Shown one piece after another: positions 27,193 through 40,885 of a stretch of 64,000 bases of DNA. The DNA lies in assembly GCA_951406725.2 (NCBI GenBank), contig OX597825.1, positions 73,532,001-73,596,000 on the forward strand. Direction: 5' to 3'. Made by a program: the position numbers and the translations under genes. Origin of the DNA: Octopus vulgaris (lineage: Eukaryota). The notes beneath the pieces are model-generated. The model was not told where the DNA came from and searched no databases. It was given only the letters and a program-made list of their open reading frames with translations. Every line of letters starts with the position of its first letter. The stretch's first letter is position 1.

Positions 27193-28435
27193 TATGTACA
27201 TGTATATGTTTGTGCATCTGTGTTTATCCCCCCAACATTGCTTGACAACTGATGCTGGTGTGTTTACGTCCCTGTAACTTAGCGGTTCAACAAAAGAGAC
27301 CGATAGAATAAGGACTAGGCTTCCAAAGAATAAGTCCTGGGGTTGATTTGCTCGACTAAAGGTGGTGCTCCAGCATGGCCACAGTCATACACACACACAC
27401 ACACACACACACGTATATGTATATGCCCAAGGCAGTGAGCTGGTAGAAGCATTAGCACACCAGGTGGTAGTTCGTCTGCCATTACATTCTGAGTTCAAAT
27501 TCTGCCGAGGTTGACTTTGTCTTTCATCCTTTTGGAATCGATAAATTTAGTACCAGTTATGTACTGGGGTCAATCTAATCGACAGTCCTCTTCCCCCAAA
27601 ATTTCAGGCCTTGTGCCGAGAATAGAAAACGATATAAATATATATATATATTTTTTCTCTCCTTGGTTTTTGTCTGTGTCCCTTTCTGTAGAAGAGCGTA
27701 GGCTCGAAATGTAAAAGACTTTTTCTATTCCTGAGCATTATACTAATACATCTGTTTGTTTTGTACACCACCTGTCTTCATCTTTTGTTTTTTTCGTAAA
27801 CTCTCCCTAAATATATATATATATATGCCGAAAGTGCCAAGGAGTGGGGCTGGATGAATCCGAAGCCACACAGCTGTAAAGCAAGCTTCTTCATTAAACA
27901 GCCATGCATGTGCTTGCAGTGTCATTTCTGCCTTGCGGCTTCATTGCAATTCTTTGTCGTGTTAGTCAAGTGGTTAAAAACTACCTAATAATGAAACTGT
28001 TTCCATTTAAACAGCAGAATAATTTGGTTTTATTCTCTTGTCTATCATCTGTCATTGGCAGTTCTCTAGTAGCTAGTTTACTGGCCATTGTTCAGTTATC
28101 TCGAAAATGTGCCAGAGACTAAATAGAAAAAGCCTGTCTCAGAAATATTACTTCCTCTCGCCGCTCGTCATCGTTCTAAAACGGATAATTAGATTCAGGA
28201 ATACATTGATGTTGACATAGAAAAACATCGACGACAACAGCAACAACAACGACAACGATGACAACACCGTAGCATGATGCTAATGCTAATGTACTAATAT
28301 GTTTTCTTAGCTATTGAATAAATGCATATGCATGTGTGTGTGTGTGTTAGTATACACACACACACACATATTTACACACACATATGTGAATATGTGCATA
28401 TGTGTGTGTATACATACATATGTAAGTATATATAC

Positions 28436-28529
<94 letters not shown>

Positions 28530-28556
28530 GTGTGTATATATATATATATAAATATA

Positions 28557-28600
<44 letters not shown>

Positions 28601-29010
28601 TATATATGTATATATGTATATATATATATATATATATGTATATTTATATGTGTGTGCATGTATGCACATATGTTTGTGTGTATGTATGCATGTATACACA
28701 CACACAGATTCAGAAAATGTAGGCGCATTCCATAAGCTTCATTTCTATGGCATATGAAAAATTCTTAACAGACTTTCTTTTTTTCTTTCTTCTGTTCAGC
28801 TTGTTATCGCAGCCCCGAATAATCTCCAAATATTTATAATCACTTGTTGAGCACCTTCAGTGAATAAAATTTCATTTTAATGAGTTGAGATGTACTTTGA
28901 AAAAGATGAAGTCAGTCTTAAATATGTATCCCGTTATGCATGTATGAATTTCTCTATGTGTATGTGTATATATAAATATAAATACATATATATACACACA
29001 CACATATATG

Positions 29011-29099
<89 letters not shown>

Positions 29100-29104
<5 letters not shown>

Positions 29105-29500
29105 TAGGCAAGGTGGCTGAGTCCCTTTCAAGGGTTGGGCCTCACAGAGGCAATGACCAAGACTTTTGGTCTTATGTTGTGCTCGAGAAGAAGACCTATC
29201 AAGCTGAGCAAAATCGCAGTCATGGCAGATACCAATGTCACACAAATTGACCCTCATGCTGGCATGAAAATGCACCCCGGTGTCATGCAAATGGCACCTG
29301 TGCCGGTGGCACGTAAAAGCACCCATTACATTCTTGGAGTGGTTGGTGTTAGAAAGGGCATCCACCCATACAAAACCATGCCAAATCAGACTGGAGTCTG
29401 GTGCAGCCTTCCTGCTCGCCAGCCTAGTCAAACCATCCAACCAATGTCAGCACGGACAATGGACATTAAATGATGAGGATGATGATGATGATGATGATAT
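29100..29500 (+). mobile_element. RTE 3'-UTR-derived fragment with (GAT)n tail
   Basis: GGTGGCACGTAAAAGCACCCA...GGAGTGGTTGGYGTTAGRAAGGGCATCCA...(GAT)n is shared with 14337-14800. Further copies at ~35420, 36610-37130, 53395-53580, 56770-56950, 59585-59870 and 61765-62460. Confidence 0.75.
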
Positions 29501-29521
29501 GTATATATATATATATATATA

Positions 29522-29745
29522 AAGTTAATCCATGTTATATATATAACATGAAAACACAAAGAGAAAACACAACAATGCGAGGACGTGGAAGTATAGTGCT
29601 ATTGGATGCTCAGGAAAAGAAAGAAAGAAGAAGGATTTAATGTTTCGAGCGGGGGCTCTTCATCAGAAAAATAGAAAAAGGAAAGATCCAAGGAAGGGAA
29701 GATGGAGAAAGTAAATTGCCAACGATACACATGCGGTCACATATT
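29522..29745 (-). mobile_element. Short (TA)n-flanked repeat family A carrying a minimal hammerhead (Penelope pLTR-like)
   Basis: Reverse complement of 41621-41824; minus strand reads TTTT-CTGATGA-A-GAGC-CCCC-GCTC-GAAA-CA-TT-AAAT at 29634-29670. Confidence 0.75.
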
Positions 29746-30157
29746 GAATAAATATATATATATATGTTCGAGTCCACTTCCTAAACTCAGTAAGTTTATG
29801 TAAATGTTCTAAGATTCCAAGGAATTCCTGTGCATGAAATTGTTTTGAGTGGATGAAATATTGCACAGCACCACATCCAAATTTCAGCACAATCAACTAT
29901 AATAACACTGACACAGCAGACATTGATACGACTAGAAACCAACTGTACTTCACACTTTTTTTTTTAATACAAATTTACATTCTAGAAGAAAGTTCCATTG
30001 AGAAGTAGGTGTTCTTCACACCCAGTGTCCTCAACAAGTGCTACTACTCCAGTTCAGAATAGATCTTGCAACAATAGTAACTAAAGAGGTGGTTCCACAC
30101 TCCTCATAACCCTGGAAGTCCTGTATCAGGGCCCTATCAAAGTGTATACAGTTGTGC

Positions 30158-30880
30158 CCAAAAGTTTGGAATGTAAGTCTGAGAATTAGAATTTTTATAT
30201 TAAATGCCCAAAGTTATACTTGATTTCCATATATTATTATTTGGTCAAAAGTTTTGAAAATAGGTCTGAAAATTAGAATCTTCATATTGAATGCTCAAAG
30301 TTATATTTAATTTGCAACATAACATTACTTGGTCAAAAGTTTGGAACATAGGTCTGAGAATTAGAATTTTTATATCTATTTCTTTATTGCCCACAATGGG
30401 CTAAACATAGAGGGGATAAACAAGGACAGACAAAGAGATTAAGTCGATTACATCGACTCCAGTGCCAAACTGGTACTTATTTAATCAACCCCAAAAGGAT
30501 GAATGGCAAAGTCGACCCGGCAGAATTTGAACTCAGAACATAACGGCAGACGAAATACCTATTTCTTTACTACCCACAAGGGGTTAAACACAGAGAGAAC
30601 AAACAAAGACAGAGAAACGGATTACATCGATTATATCGACCCCAGTGCGTAACTGGTACTTATTTTATCGACCTCGAAAGGTTGAAAGGCAAAGTCGACC
30701 CGGCAGAATTTGAACTCATAACATAACGACACACTAAATACCACAAAGCATTTTGCCTGGCATGCTAACGTTTCTGCCAGCTCACGGCTGTTTTAGGATT
30801 TTTATATTGAATACCCAAAATTATATTTAATTTGCAATATATTATAACTCGGCCAAAATTTTGAAATATAGGTCTGGAAA
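30158..30880. repeat. ~86-bp tandem repeat (about four partial copies) interrupted by a family 2 SINE at 30376-30790
   Basis: CAAAAGTTTGGAA...TAGGTCTGAGAATTAGAATTTTTATATTGAATGCCCAAAGTTATA recurs; TTAGRATTTTTATAT flanks the SINE at 30361 and 30793. Confidence 0.7.
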
Positions 30881-31596
30881 TTTTTCTTTGAGATATTGAG
30901 CCATTGGATCTGTTATTAGGTAATTAGATCTCTGATTTATATATTTGAATCGAATTGTACTTGGGCATAACAAACACAAAAAAAAAAAAATCAGTATTTT
31001 ATTTTCAAAGTAATGCACAAGTAACAACACACTTATACATAGAGGTGAAATTCAGATTTCTTGTAAAAATACCATTTTGTGTTTACATTACAAAAAAACG
31101 CAAATCAAAACTCGATGATCATTGCTAACAAGCTTACATGTTACAATGGCACACAACAGCTGTACATGGTGGAACCTTCCACCGTACTTTATGGAATTTT
31201 CCATTTGTGGAGTGTGTCATGTCAGAATTCACAAAAATCTTTTGAATTTTAGAATTTTTGTCAAAGGAATTTCAACTGTAGTAGTAATATAACACTACCA
31301 AATCACTCGTTATCTCATCTTTGTTAACAAGTGTAGCAATAGAATTACCAATACTATTCTCAGTAATAACAGAATTAGCTGATCTATTCCGAGTCACAAT
31401 AGAATTATCGGCTGTCTTCTTTGAAAATATATAAATCAAACAGCATAGCTATTTAAACATTTAAAAAAAAACTTCAAGTATATTTTTAAAGTGAGAAATG
31501 AAGATTATGTTTGTTTAGTTAATAATGATGATGATGGTGATGATGATGATGATAATAATAATGATGTGGATGATGATGATGATAATAATAATGATG

Positions 31597-31628
<32 letters not shown>

Positions 31629-31644
31629 AATAATGATGATGATG

Positions 31645-31703
<59 letters not shown>

Positions 31704-31709
<6 letters not shown>

Positions 31710-32745
31710 GAGAAGGGGAAGCTTAAAAGTGAACAAAAATACAGGGCACTGAACAGAAAGTATAATATTGAGAGAAAGGGCCTGAAAATGGTAATGGAAG
31801 AACTGAAACAGTGCTTCGTTGCAAAGAAAGCAATGATGGTAGGATACGACCAAAAAATGAAGGGATACCAGCAGGATAGGTTATTCAGAGTAGATCAGAA
31901 GAGATTCTACAAAGAAATAAAAGGAGAGTGGTGTACAGATGAAAAGTTGATACCAGATAATATTGAAAGCCAAAGGTTTTGGAGTGACATCTGGAGCAAA
32001 GATAAGGAGCACAAGAAGGATGCTGAATGGTTGCAAGAACTGAAACAAACAGTAATCTGTCCACAACCAGCAGAACTAGTCATTTCAGTTAGGGAAGGGA
32101 AGGAGACCAGCAAAAAAATGGGCAACTGGAAGGCCCTGGGACTAGGTGGAGCTCAAAGCTACTGGATCTAAAAATTTGGTGAATGTCATGCATGAATAGC
32201 TGCACAACTCAACACCTTGTTAAGTGCCAACCAAATAATACCAGTCAATGGGTTGGACAGTGCTGTGCTTAAGAAACATCGAAGAAGGTAATACAGAAGA
32301 CAATTACAGGCCGATGTCCTACTTGCCACTTATGTGGAAACTAGCATTATCGCCCGGCGTTGCTCGGGTTTGTAAGGGAAATAACTATAAAGCATTTTTA
32401 GAGAGTTATAGCCCAAAAATAGCAAAAAAATGGGAAAAAAATTATGGTAAATTTTTTTTGAGAGTTAAAAAGGTCGAGTTGCGTCCCCTTGACAGTCTGT
32501 GGTTTGTGTTTCTGTTAAATTTATCGATTTTTTTCAGAACTGGGGGAACTTTTCAAAATTTTCGCTGCGTTAGTTTTGAATTATGACATTGGGCTATGTG
32601 TGTGTCAAGTTTCATCAGAATCGGTTGAAAGCCGTGGTCAGGGTGAGGGTACAACCTAACAGACACACAGACACGCAGACAGACAAACTGCCATTTATAT
32701 AGTGAGAGATAACTGACTGGAATAGTCATAGAATCAATGAATGGA
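31704..32745 (+). mobile_element. R4/Dong-like non-LTR retrotransposon fragment (pre-RT region and RT start), pseudogenised, split by a Helitron
   Basis: QQDRLFRVDQKRFYKEI, FWSDIWS, NWKALGLGGAQSYWI and NYRPMSYLPLMWK|xLTGI motifs; begins immediately after an (AAT)n tract. Confidence 0.82.
32341..32709 (-). mobile_element. Non-autonomous Helitron, precise A|T insertion
   Basis: Minus strand starts TC and ends CCCGAGCAACGCCGGGCGATAATG-CTAG. Removing it rejoins TGGAAA/TAACTGACTGGAATA (WKxLTGI) of the LINE with no TSD. Confidence 0.85.
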
Positions 32746-32953
32746 CACAAGGCCTAAAATTTGGGGAAGGGGAATAGTCGATTACATCAACCCCAGGACT
32801 CAACTATTACTTAATTTATTGACCCCAAAAGGATGAAAGGCAAAGTCGACATCAGTGGAATTTGAACTCAGAACATAACAGCAGATGAAATGACATTGAG
32901 CATTTTGTCTAGCGTGCTAATGGTTCCGTTAGTTTGCCACCTCAATAATAATA

Positions 32954-32998
<45 letters not shown>

Positions 32999-33055
32999 GT
33001 TGTCTCTTGAGACTTGGAGCCAGCTTGTGCAAATGTAAAGCAAAAGTCAAACATA

Positions 33056-33118
<63 letters not shown>

Positions 33119-33504
33119 CAATAATAATGATGGTAATGATGGTGATGGTGATGATGATGATGAGGATAATAATATATTTGTTTGTGCAAGATAATTATGA
33201 CTTAGCTTCAAAATAGTCACCAAAGCCAGACAGTTAATCTATCTTTAATAATTTAAACACAGATATTCCTAAATCTTCAAAACAGTTTAAAATTAAATAC
33301 AATTTTGCTTTGATGAGATGCATGGTTATACATTATGCGAGGCCATTGACAGAGGCATCGTTGATGGATTGAATCAACCCTAGTATATAGCTGGTACTTA
33401 TTGTACTGATTCATTAGACTGATGGGCAAAGGATACTCTCTGGTGCAGCAATCGTAACCACAATCTTGCAATTGTAACGCCAACACCCTAACCATTAAGC
33501 CACG

Positions 33505-33815
33505 ATGTTGTTGTTTGTTCCTTCTGGAGCCATGCCTGGCTCATAATGGCCGGTTTCCCACATTCCTGGCGTGTAGGTTCCCCACCCGGACGGGACGCCG
33601 GTCCGTCGCAGGTGAGCTGCAAGGTGCAGGAGGAAAGAGTGAGAGAAAGTTGTGGCGAAAGATTCAGCAGAGGTTCGCCATTACCTTTTGCCGGAGCCGC
33701 GTGGAGCTTAGGTGTTGTCACTCATAAACACACACATCGCCCGGTCTGAGATTCGAATCCCCGATCCCTCGACCGCATGTCTGCTGCGCTAACCACTAGG
33801 CCATGTGCCTCCACT
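33505..33815 (-). mobile_element. SINE family 4 (V-domain-like)
   Basis: Reverse complement of 18743-19055 with an (AAC)n tail. Confidence 0.8.
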
Positions 33816-33978
33816 ACTCGATATATTACCTGGTTTATAACTAACTCCTTGGTTCTTGGATATCTTTATTGGAGTCCACTCTATTGCAAACATTAAGAAG
33901 CCGGCCTAAGGAGCAGGTCTCCAGTCTGCAAATAACTTTAGGTATGTCAGTTCCTACAACGGTAACCTCTGAGTCATA

Positions 33979-34391
33979 AGGCGGCGAGCTGGCAGAAACG
34001 TTAGCACGCCGGGCGAAATGCGTAGCCGTACTTGGTCTGTCGTTACGTTGTGAGTTCAAATTTTGCCGAGGTCGACTTTACCTTTCATCCTTTCGGGGTC
34101 GATAAATTAAGTACCAGTTACGCACTGGGGTCGATGTTATCGACTTAATACCTATGTCTGTCCTTGTTTGTCCCCTCTATGTTTAGCCCCTTGTGGGTAG
34201 TAAAGAAATAGGTATTTCGTATGCCGTTACGTTCTGAGTTCATATTCCGCCGAGGTCGACTTTACCTTTCATCCTTTCGGGGTCAATAAGTTAAGTACCA
34301 GTTATGCACTGGGGTCGATGTAATTGACTTAATACCTATGTCTGTCCTTGTTTGTCCCCTCTTTATTACCCTTGTGGGTAATAAAGAAATA
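33979..34391 (+). mobile_element. SINE family 2, full length with internal ~180-bp tandem duplication and 18-bp TSD
   Basis: GGTAACCTCTGAGTCATA at 33961-33978 and 34392-34409. Confidence 0.88.
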
Positions 34392-34636
34392 GGTAACCTC
34401 TGAGTCATACTTTCTCCCTCCTTGACCCTCACTCATTATGGAGGCCATGAATAATGGGTCATAGATGCTACCTTTACTCCTTGAAATAAATTATATAATA
34501 TAAAAACAAAAGATATAGGCCTGAATTTGATTCCGGCATCAATCTACTCGTGATTCCACACAAACTTACTGCATATCCTTCAAAGCATGGTGGTCTTTAT
34601 ATGATTTTGTAATTTGTCAATTTGTCAACAATATCT

Positions 34637-35031
34637 CTTTCTCTTTTACTAGTTTCAGTCATTTGACTGCGGCCATGCTGGAGCACCGCCTTTAATCGAG
34701 CAACTCAATCCCGGGACTTATTCTTTTGTAAGCCCAGTATTTAGTCTATCGGTCTCTTTTGCCGAACCGCTAAGTAACGGGGACATAAACACACCAGCAT
34801 CGGGTGTCAAGCAATGCTAGGGGGACAAACACAGACACACAAACACATACACACGCATATATATATATATATACATATATACGACGGGCTTCTTTCAGTT
34901 TCCGTCCACCAAATCCACACACAAGGCTTTGGTCGGCCTGAGGCTATAGTAGAAGACACTTGCTCAAGGTGCCACGCAGTGGGACTGAACCCGGAACCAT
35001 GTGGCTCGTAAGCAAGCTACTTCCCACACAA
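34637..35031 (-). mobile_element. SINE family 1 flanked by an ~80-bp direct repeat
   Basis: 34556-34636 is nearly identical to 35025-35105. Confidence 0.82.
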
Positions 35032-35389
35032 ACTTACTGCATATCCTTCAAAAAATGGTGGTCTTTATATGTTTTCGTAATTTGTCAATTTGTCAACACT
35101 ATCTGGGTTGTCTCATTGATATATTTGATAAAATTTTGTTTCTATAATGGAGAGATATTCAATAAATTTCTCTTTGAAACCAAGGATTTAAAAAAAAGAG
35201 ATAACCCATCAACGATAATATTTAACATAAAAAAATGCTGAAAATGCTAATAACGGTATATTCCAAATACTTGAAGAGCTTCCATAGAGGAGATAAATAG
35301 AGATTGAGCACAACATTGGTTCACACATTTACATCTCATTATTCACACCACTGGTACAGCAAATAATCTAGTTAATGTGTGTGTGTGTT

Positions 35390-35420
<31 letters not shown>

Positions 35421-35949
35421 CATCATCATCATCATCATCATCGTTTAACGTCCGTTCTCCATGCTAGCATGGGTTGGACGGTTCGACTGGAGTCTGGGAA
35501 GCCAGAAGGCTGCACCAGGCTCCGGTCTTATCTGGCAATGTTTCTACAGCTGGATGCCCTTCCTAGTGTGTATGTGTGTGTGTGCGTTTGTATATATATA
35601 TATATATGTGTGTGTGTGTATGTGTGGAGGCACAATGTCCCAGTGGTTTGGGCAGCAACCTCACAGTTGTAGGATCGCGGTTTCGATTCCCAGACTGGGC
35701 GTTGTGAGTGTTTATTGAGCGAAAACACCTAAAGCTCCACAAGGCAACAGCTGGGGTTGGTGGCGATCCCTGCTGTACTCTTTCACCACAACTTTCTCTC
35801 ACTCTTTCTTCTGTTGGCCTGCTCGCTTAACCAGCGGGGTGGTGTCACTTTAAGGCTAAAACAATGCAAAGCGCATTGTGACCAGCGATGTGTAGCAACA
35901 TCTGATAGCCTGGTCAGTCACGGTGATGTTGACGGTGATATATATATAC

Positions 35950-36603
35950 TCTTTTATTCTTTAATTGTTTTGGTCATTTGAGTGCAGCCATGCTGGAGCA
36001 CCACCTTTAGTCGACCAAATCGACCCCAGGACTTATTCTTTGTAAGCCGAGTACTTATTCTATTGGTCTCTCCTGCTGAAATGCTAAGTGACGGGGACGA
36101 AAACACACCAGCATTGGTTGTCAAGCGATGTTGTGGGGGACAAACACAGACACACAAACATATAAATACACACACACAGACACACACATATATATATACG
36201 ATGGATTCTTTCAGTTTCCGTCTACCAAATCCACTCACAAGGCATTGGTCAGCTCGAGGCTATAGTAGAAGACACTAAAGATGGCGAGCTGGCAGACACG
36301 TTAGCGCGCCGGGTGAAATGCTTAGCGGTATTTCGTCTGTCATTACGTTGTGAGTTCAAATTCTGCCCAGGTCGACTTTGCCTTTCATCCTTTCGGGATC
36401 GATAAATTAAGTACCAGTTTCGCACTGGGGTTGATGTAATTGACTTAATCCGTTTGTCTGTTCTTGTTTGTACCCTTTGTGTTTAGTTCCTTGTGGGCAG
36501 TAAAGAAATATATAGTAGAAGACACTTGCCCAAAGTTCCATGCAGTGGGACTGAACCCAGAACCATGTGGCTGGGAAGCAAGCTACTTACCACACAGCCA
36601 CTT
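35950..36603 (-). mobile_element. SINE family 1 with nested family 2 SINE (36277-36510, +)
   Basis: 16-bp TSD TATAGTAGAAGACACT at 36261-36276 and 36511-36526. Confidence 0.85.
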
Positions 36604-37198
36604 CTATATCTTCATCATCATCATCATTATCATTTAACACCCTGTCTTTCATGCATGCATGGGTAGGACAGTTGACAAGAGCCAGCCAGGTAGAAAACTA
36701 CCCTACACTACTGTGTCCAGTTTGGCAAGGATTTTACAGCTGGATGCCCTTCTTAACACCAACCACTCTGCAGAATTAACTCAATGGTTCTTATGTGCAA
36801 CTAGCAGAGGCTGGATTAGTTTTATATATATATATGTATATCATCATCATCACAATTTAATGTCCGCTTCCCAGGCTGGCATGGGTTGAGCTGTTTGACA
36901 GGAGCTGGCTAGGCAGAAGATTGCACTACACCTCGGTGTCTGTTTTGGCATGGTGTTTATGGCTGGAGGCCCTTGCTAACATCAACCAATCTGTAGAGTG
37001 ACCTGAGTGATTTTTACCTGGCACCAGCACAGGTAAGGTCAGTTTTGACAGGGTTTTTTGTTTTATGGTTGGATGCCCTTCCGAATGCCAATCCCTTTAC
37101 AATGTGGACTGAATGCTTCTTTTTTTGTGGCACCAAAAATTGGAAAGATGATGAAATAATTTGCAAGACAAGCATCTTTTCAGAGGAAGTGTGGTATT

Positions 37199-37260
<62 letters not shown>

Positions 37261-37447
37261 TGTTATTTTCATTTTTGTGTAATTTAGATGACAGTTTATT
37301 CACCACACTCTGTACACATACACACACACACACACACATACTCGCACACATACAAGAGAAGTACATCATTAATTGTACACACATATATATCTTTGCTCAC
37401 ATCATGGATATCTGAGATAGTCTAGATGCTGTGTCTATGTATGTTTA

Positions 37448-37494
<47 letters not shown>

Positions 37495-37523
37495 AATATA
37501 TATATATTTATAAAGAGATAGAG

Positions 37524-37566
<43 letters not shown>

Positions 37567-38311
37567 GATAGAGATAGATAGAATAAGCATAACATTGATT
37601 GTTACAAACTTAGATATCTTTACTTATCCTATGAACATCAAAGATAGTCTGTATGATTGATATATATAATATATATATATATATATTTATGTATATGTGT
37701 ATATATGTATATATGTGTTTGTGTGTATATATGTTTGTATGTATATGTATATATGCTCCCATACTGATTAAATACAATGCTGGTGAACTACTTGCTTATT
37801 TCTTTTTAATTATTCACACTGCGGAATTAACCAAAGCAATTTGCTTCCATAATATTTTAGAATGCGCTAATTTAATTATTTCTGAAGGAGTAGGTCACTG
37901 TGCTAAATGGATTAAACTATTTAGGTTTATCTGTCTTTGATCTGAATTCCCAGCTGTCAGGGGCCAATTTTATATTTTACAGTTCATCTCCCAGGGGTCA
38001 ATGGTGAAATTTAAATGCATGCATGTATGTATGTATGTATGTATGTATGTATGTATGTATGTATGTATGTATGTATGTATATAAGCATGTATGTATGTAT
38101 GTATGTATGTATGTATGTATGTATGTATGTATGTATGTATGTATGCATGTATGTATGTATGTATGTATGTATGTATGTATGTATGTATGTATGTACATAT
38201 TTATGCATGTATGTATTTATGTGTGTATGTATGCATTTAAATGTATGCATGTATGTATTTATGTATGTTTGTATATGTATATATAAATACATATACTCAT
38301 ATAAGATACAT

Positions 38312-38349
<38 letters not shown>

Positions 38350-38432
38350 ACTTATATGTATATATATATGTGTGTGCATATATATTTATGTATATGATTT
38401 TATATATATATATGCATCTATGTAGGTGTGTA

Positions 38433-38478
<46 letters not shown>

Positions 38479-38561
38479 TTACATGCAGCTCTTGGTGGTA
38501 TACTGGGCTTCGCATATTTTACCCCAGTGTCACTTTGATGGCATGCACTGCTCTCTCACTC

Positions 38562-38643
<82 letters not shown>

Positions 38644-38880
38644 GTAATAATAATAATGATAATCCTTTCTGTTATAGACACAAGGCTTGAGGTTTGTAGG
38701 AAGAGGCTAGGTGATTAATTGGCCCCAGTGCTCAACTTGTACTCGTTTCACCAACCCTGAAAGGATGAAAGGAAAAGTCCACCTCAGTGGCATTTGAACT
38801 CAGAACATAAAGGCATTTCATCTGGTTTGCTAACAACTCTGCCAGCTCCCCACCTCAATGTGTATTAATATAATGAAATG

Positions 38881-39530
38881 AATTACTATCTGTTTGGCAG
38901 ATACTAGCACACAGCAGCAAATTATTTGTTTATTGATTCCTATAATTAAGATTTCATACTCTTGTCATATACATTGGCTCAGCAGGGTAACGTTGACTGA
39001 TGAGACATACAATAAGGTCGAAACACCAGTGTCCCAAAGTCTCTTTACACTGATGAGGTGTGTGTGTTATGAATACATATTATCTAACAGGAGGAGGAAG
39101 AGTTGTTCTCTGAGGAAAAACAACAGTAATGAGTTATTCACGTTTGTATCTGCCAGGATGTATTAACAAAGAAAAGGCCTACTATTGTCTGGATTCTTGC
39201 CGTTCTACATGCATCTCATTAATTATTGTATGTTTGGCAGGCATCAGTATACATCGGTAAAAAAGTGTTTTGTTGTTTCTTACAAACAATAGTTTGTGCT
39301 CTTGTCAGAATCATTGGTCTAGTGGAGTAACTTTGACTGAGGAGACATACAAAGAGGTTAAAACACCATGATGTCTGAAAGTCCCTTTACCCCAGGGAAT
39401 CATGTCTGTTATGAAGACACAACATATAAAGGGAGGAGGTGTTTTCTGATGAGGGAAATTAACTGAGATCACATATTCACATTCAGATTTGTTAGAACAG
39501 ACATGCTATTAAAATTCTATTGTATTTTAA
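38881..39530 (+). repeat. Two diverged tandem 340-bp units, each carrying a type I hammerhead motif (retrozyme-like)
   Basis: TGTTTGGCAG at 38891 and 39231, CTTGTCA at 38961 and 39301, GACTGA.GAGACATACAA at 38995 and 39335: constant offset of 340. Confidence 0.8.
38983..39052 (+). ncRNA. Type I hammerhead ribozyme motif, intact core
   Basis: CTGATGA (38997-39003), stem II GAC/GTC, GAAA (39020-39023), stem III CAC-CA-GTG, cleavage triplet GTC (after 39033). Helix I is ACGTTGA/CCAAAGT plus a distal CAGGGTAA/TTACACTG. Confidence 0.8.
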
Positions 39531-39831
39531 TTTTCCTCTTACCTAGGGGAATTCAACCCACTTGACATTATCCTTTACCCCATTTCTTTACAAAAATGAC
39601 ATTGTGCATCCACATATCTTAATGAATTACATTTGAAATAGCAGCCTAATCCCCCTCAAATATCACCATGGCATATTTAAAAACAAAGCAAAGGAAAAGA
39701 CAAGAGAACACATTGGATAACCTAGTATTAGATACACTATGCCAAAAATGACAGGATGGTCGCAACTGGAGCGTCCTGAGTCAGCTCGAATAAAGTTGAC
39801 TTTGGGGATAAACAAGTGCTATCAATAACTA

Positions 39832-40335
39832 CTGGGTTGTCCAGAAAGTTCGTGCCGATTTGTAAAGGAAAGGAAAAGGTCAATAAATACTTGCCATTAC
39901 ATTTTTAATCACCCAAATATGAACCACTTTGTTGCACAATGCGTCTCCATCTTTCCTTTAACTTGAAAATACCCTCTTCCCAGAATTGAGGTGGTTTCAT
40001 TGCAAATAATTCATCAAAATATCTTTTTACGTCATCCAAGGAATTGAAATTTTTACCATTAAGACTATTCTGCAGAGAGCTGAATTAGTGGAAATCCGAA
40101 GGATCAATACCTGGTGAATATGGAGGGTCGGGTAAGTCATCCCAGCCGAGCTGCAGCAATTTTTGTTTTGTTCCCAAAGCATCAAGTGCCGAAAAAAGAA
40201 CTTTCTTATCTTCCATTTTCAAGGGTTACAGAATTAACACAGGTTATAGGAACATAAACCTTCTTCCACGAAAAGATAACTTAAACTGTGTTCTAAATGG
40301 AGGTGTAGTCAAATCCTATTTTATGGACTCAACGA
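39832..40335 (-). mobile_element. Internally deleted mariner transposon
   Basis: Minus strand ATG at 40216 (MEDKKV...) is joined to KLLQLGWDDLPDPPYSPGIDPSDFH*FSSLQNSLNGKNF, a decayed YSPDLAPSD motif. TIR-like CTGGGTTGTCCAGAAAGTTCG follows TA. Confidence 0.85.
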
Positions 40336-40885
40336 AGAGCCCTCGACTACAACAAGACGACCAAAGTTTTTTTTTCCAAAGTATGGGGCCTCCCGCCCGT
40401 AAGCCCTAGACGATCACCTGATCACCCTTACCCGTCTTGTTGCCTAACAACAACAACAGCAGCAACAACAGCAACAGCAACGAGAACAACACCACCAACA
40501 ACAAAAATAACAACAACAAAAACAATAACGATAAAATCAACAAAAACATCAACAGCAACAACAATAACCTCAACAAAAACAGCAATATTAACAACAACAA
40601 CAACAACGACAAAAGCAACAAAAACAACACCAATAACAATAACAACAGCAACATTTGCCTGAAGAATGCTTTCTAAAATTTTTATTTGTGTTCGTTCCAG
40701 ACACATTTATGATTCCTATATATATATATATATGTCGCAGGAATAAATTTCTAAAACCAAATTGTTTTCAATATGTCTTTGCTTTTATCATTTACTTGCG
40801 AAGATTTATTAAGAAATTATGTTTGCAATAAAAGTCAGGAATATAGGAGAGGACAGCTGCAAGAAGTAAATTCTCTTCCTCACTC

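Noticed and set aside
31491-32171. 226-aa ORF as a host gene
   Set aside because: The N-terminal third is (GAT)n/(AAT)n microsatellite; the rest is an R4/Dong-like LINE fragment with downstream stops.
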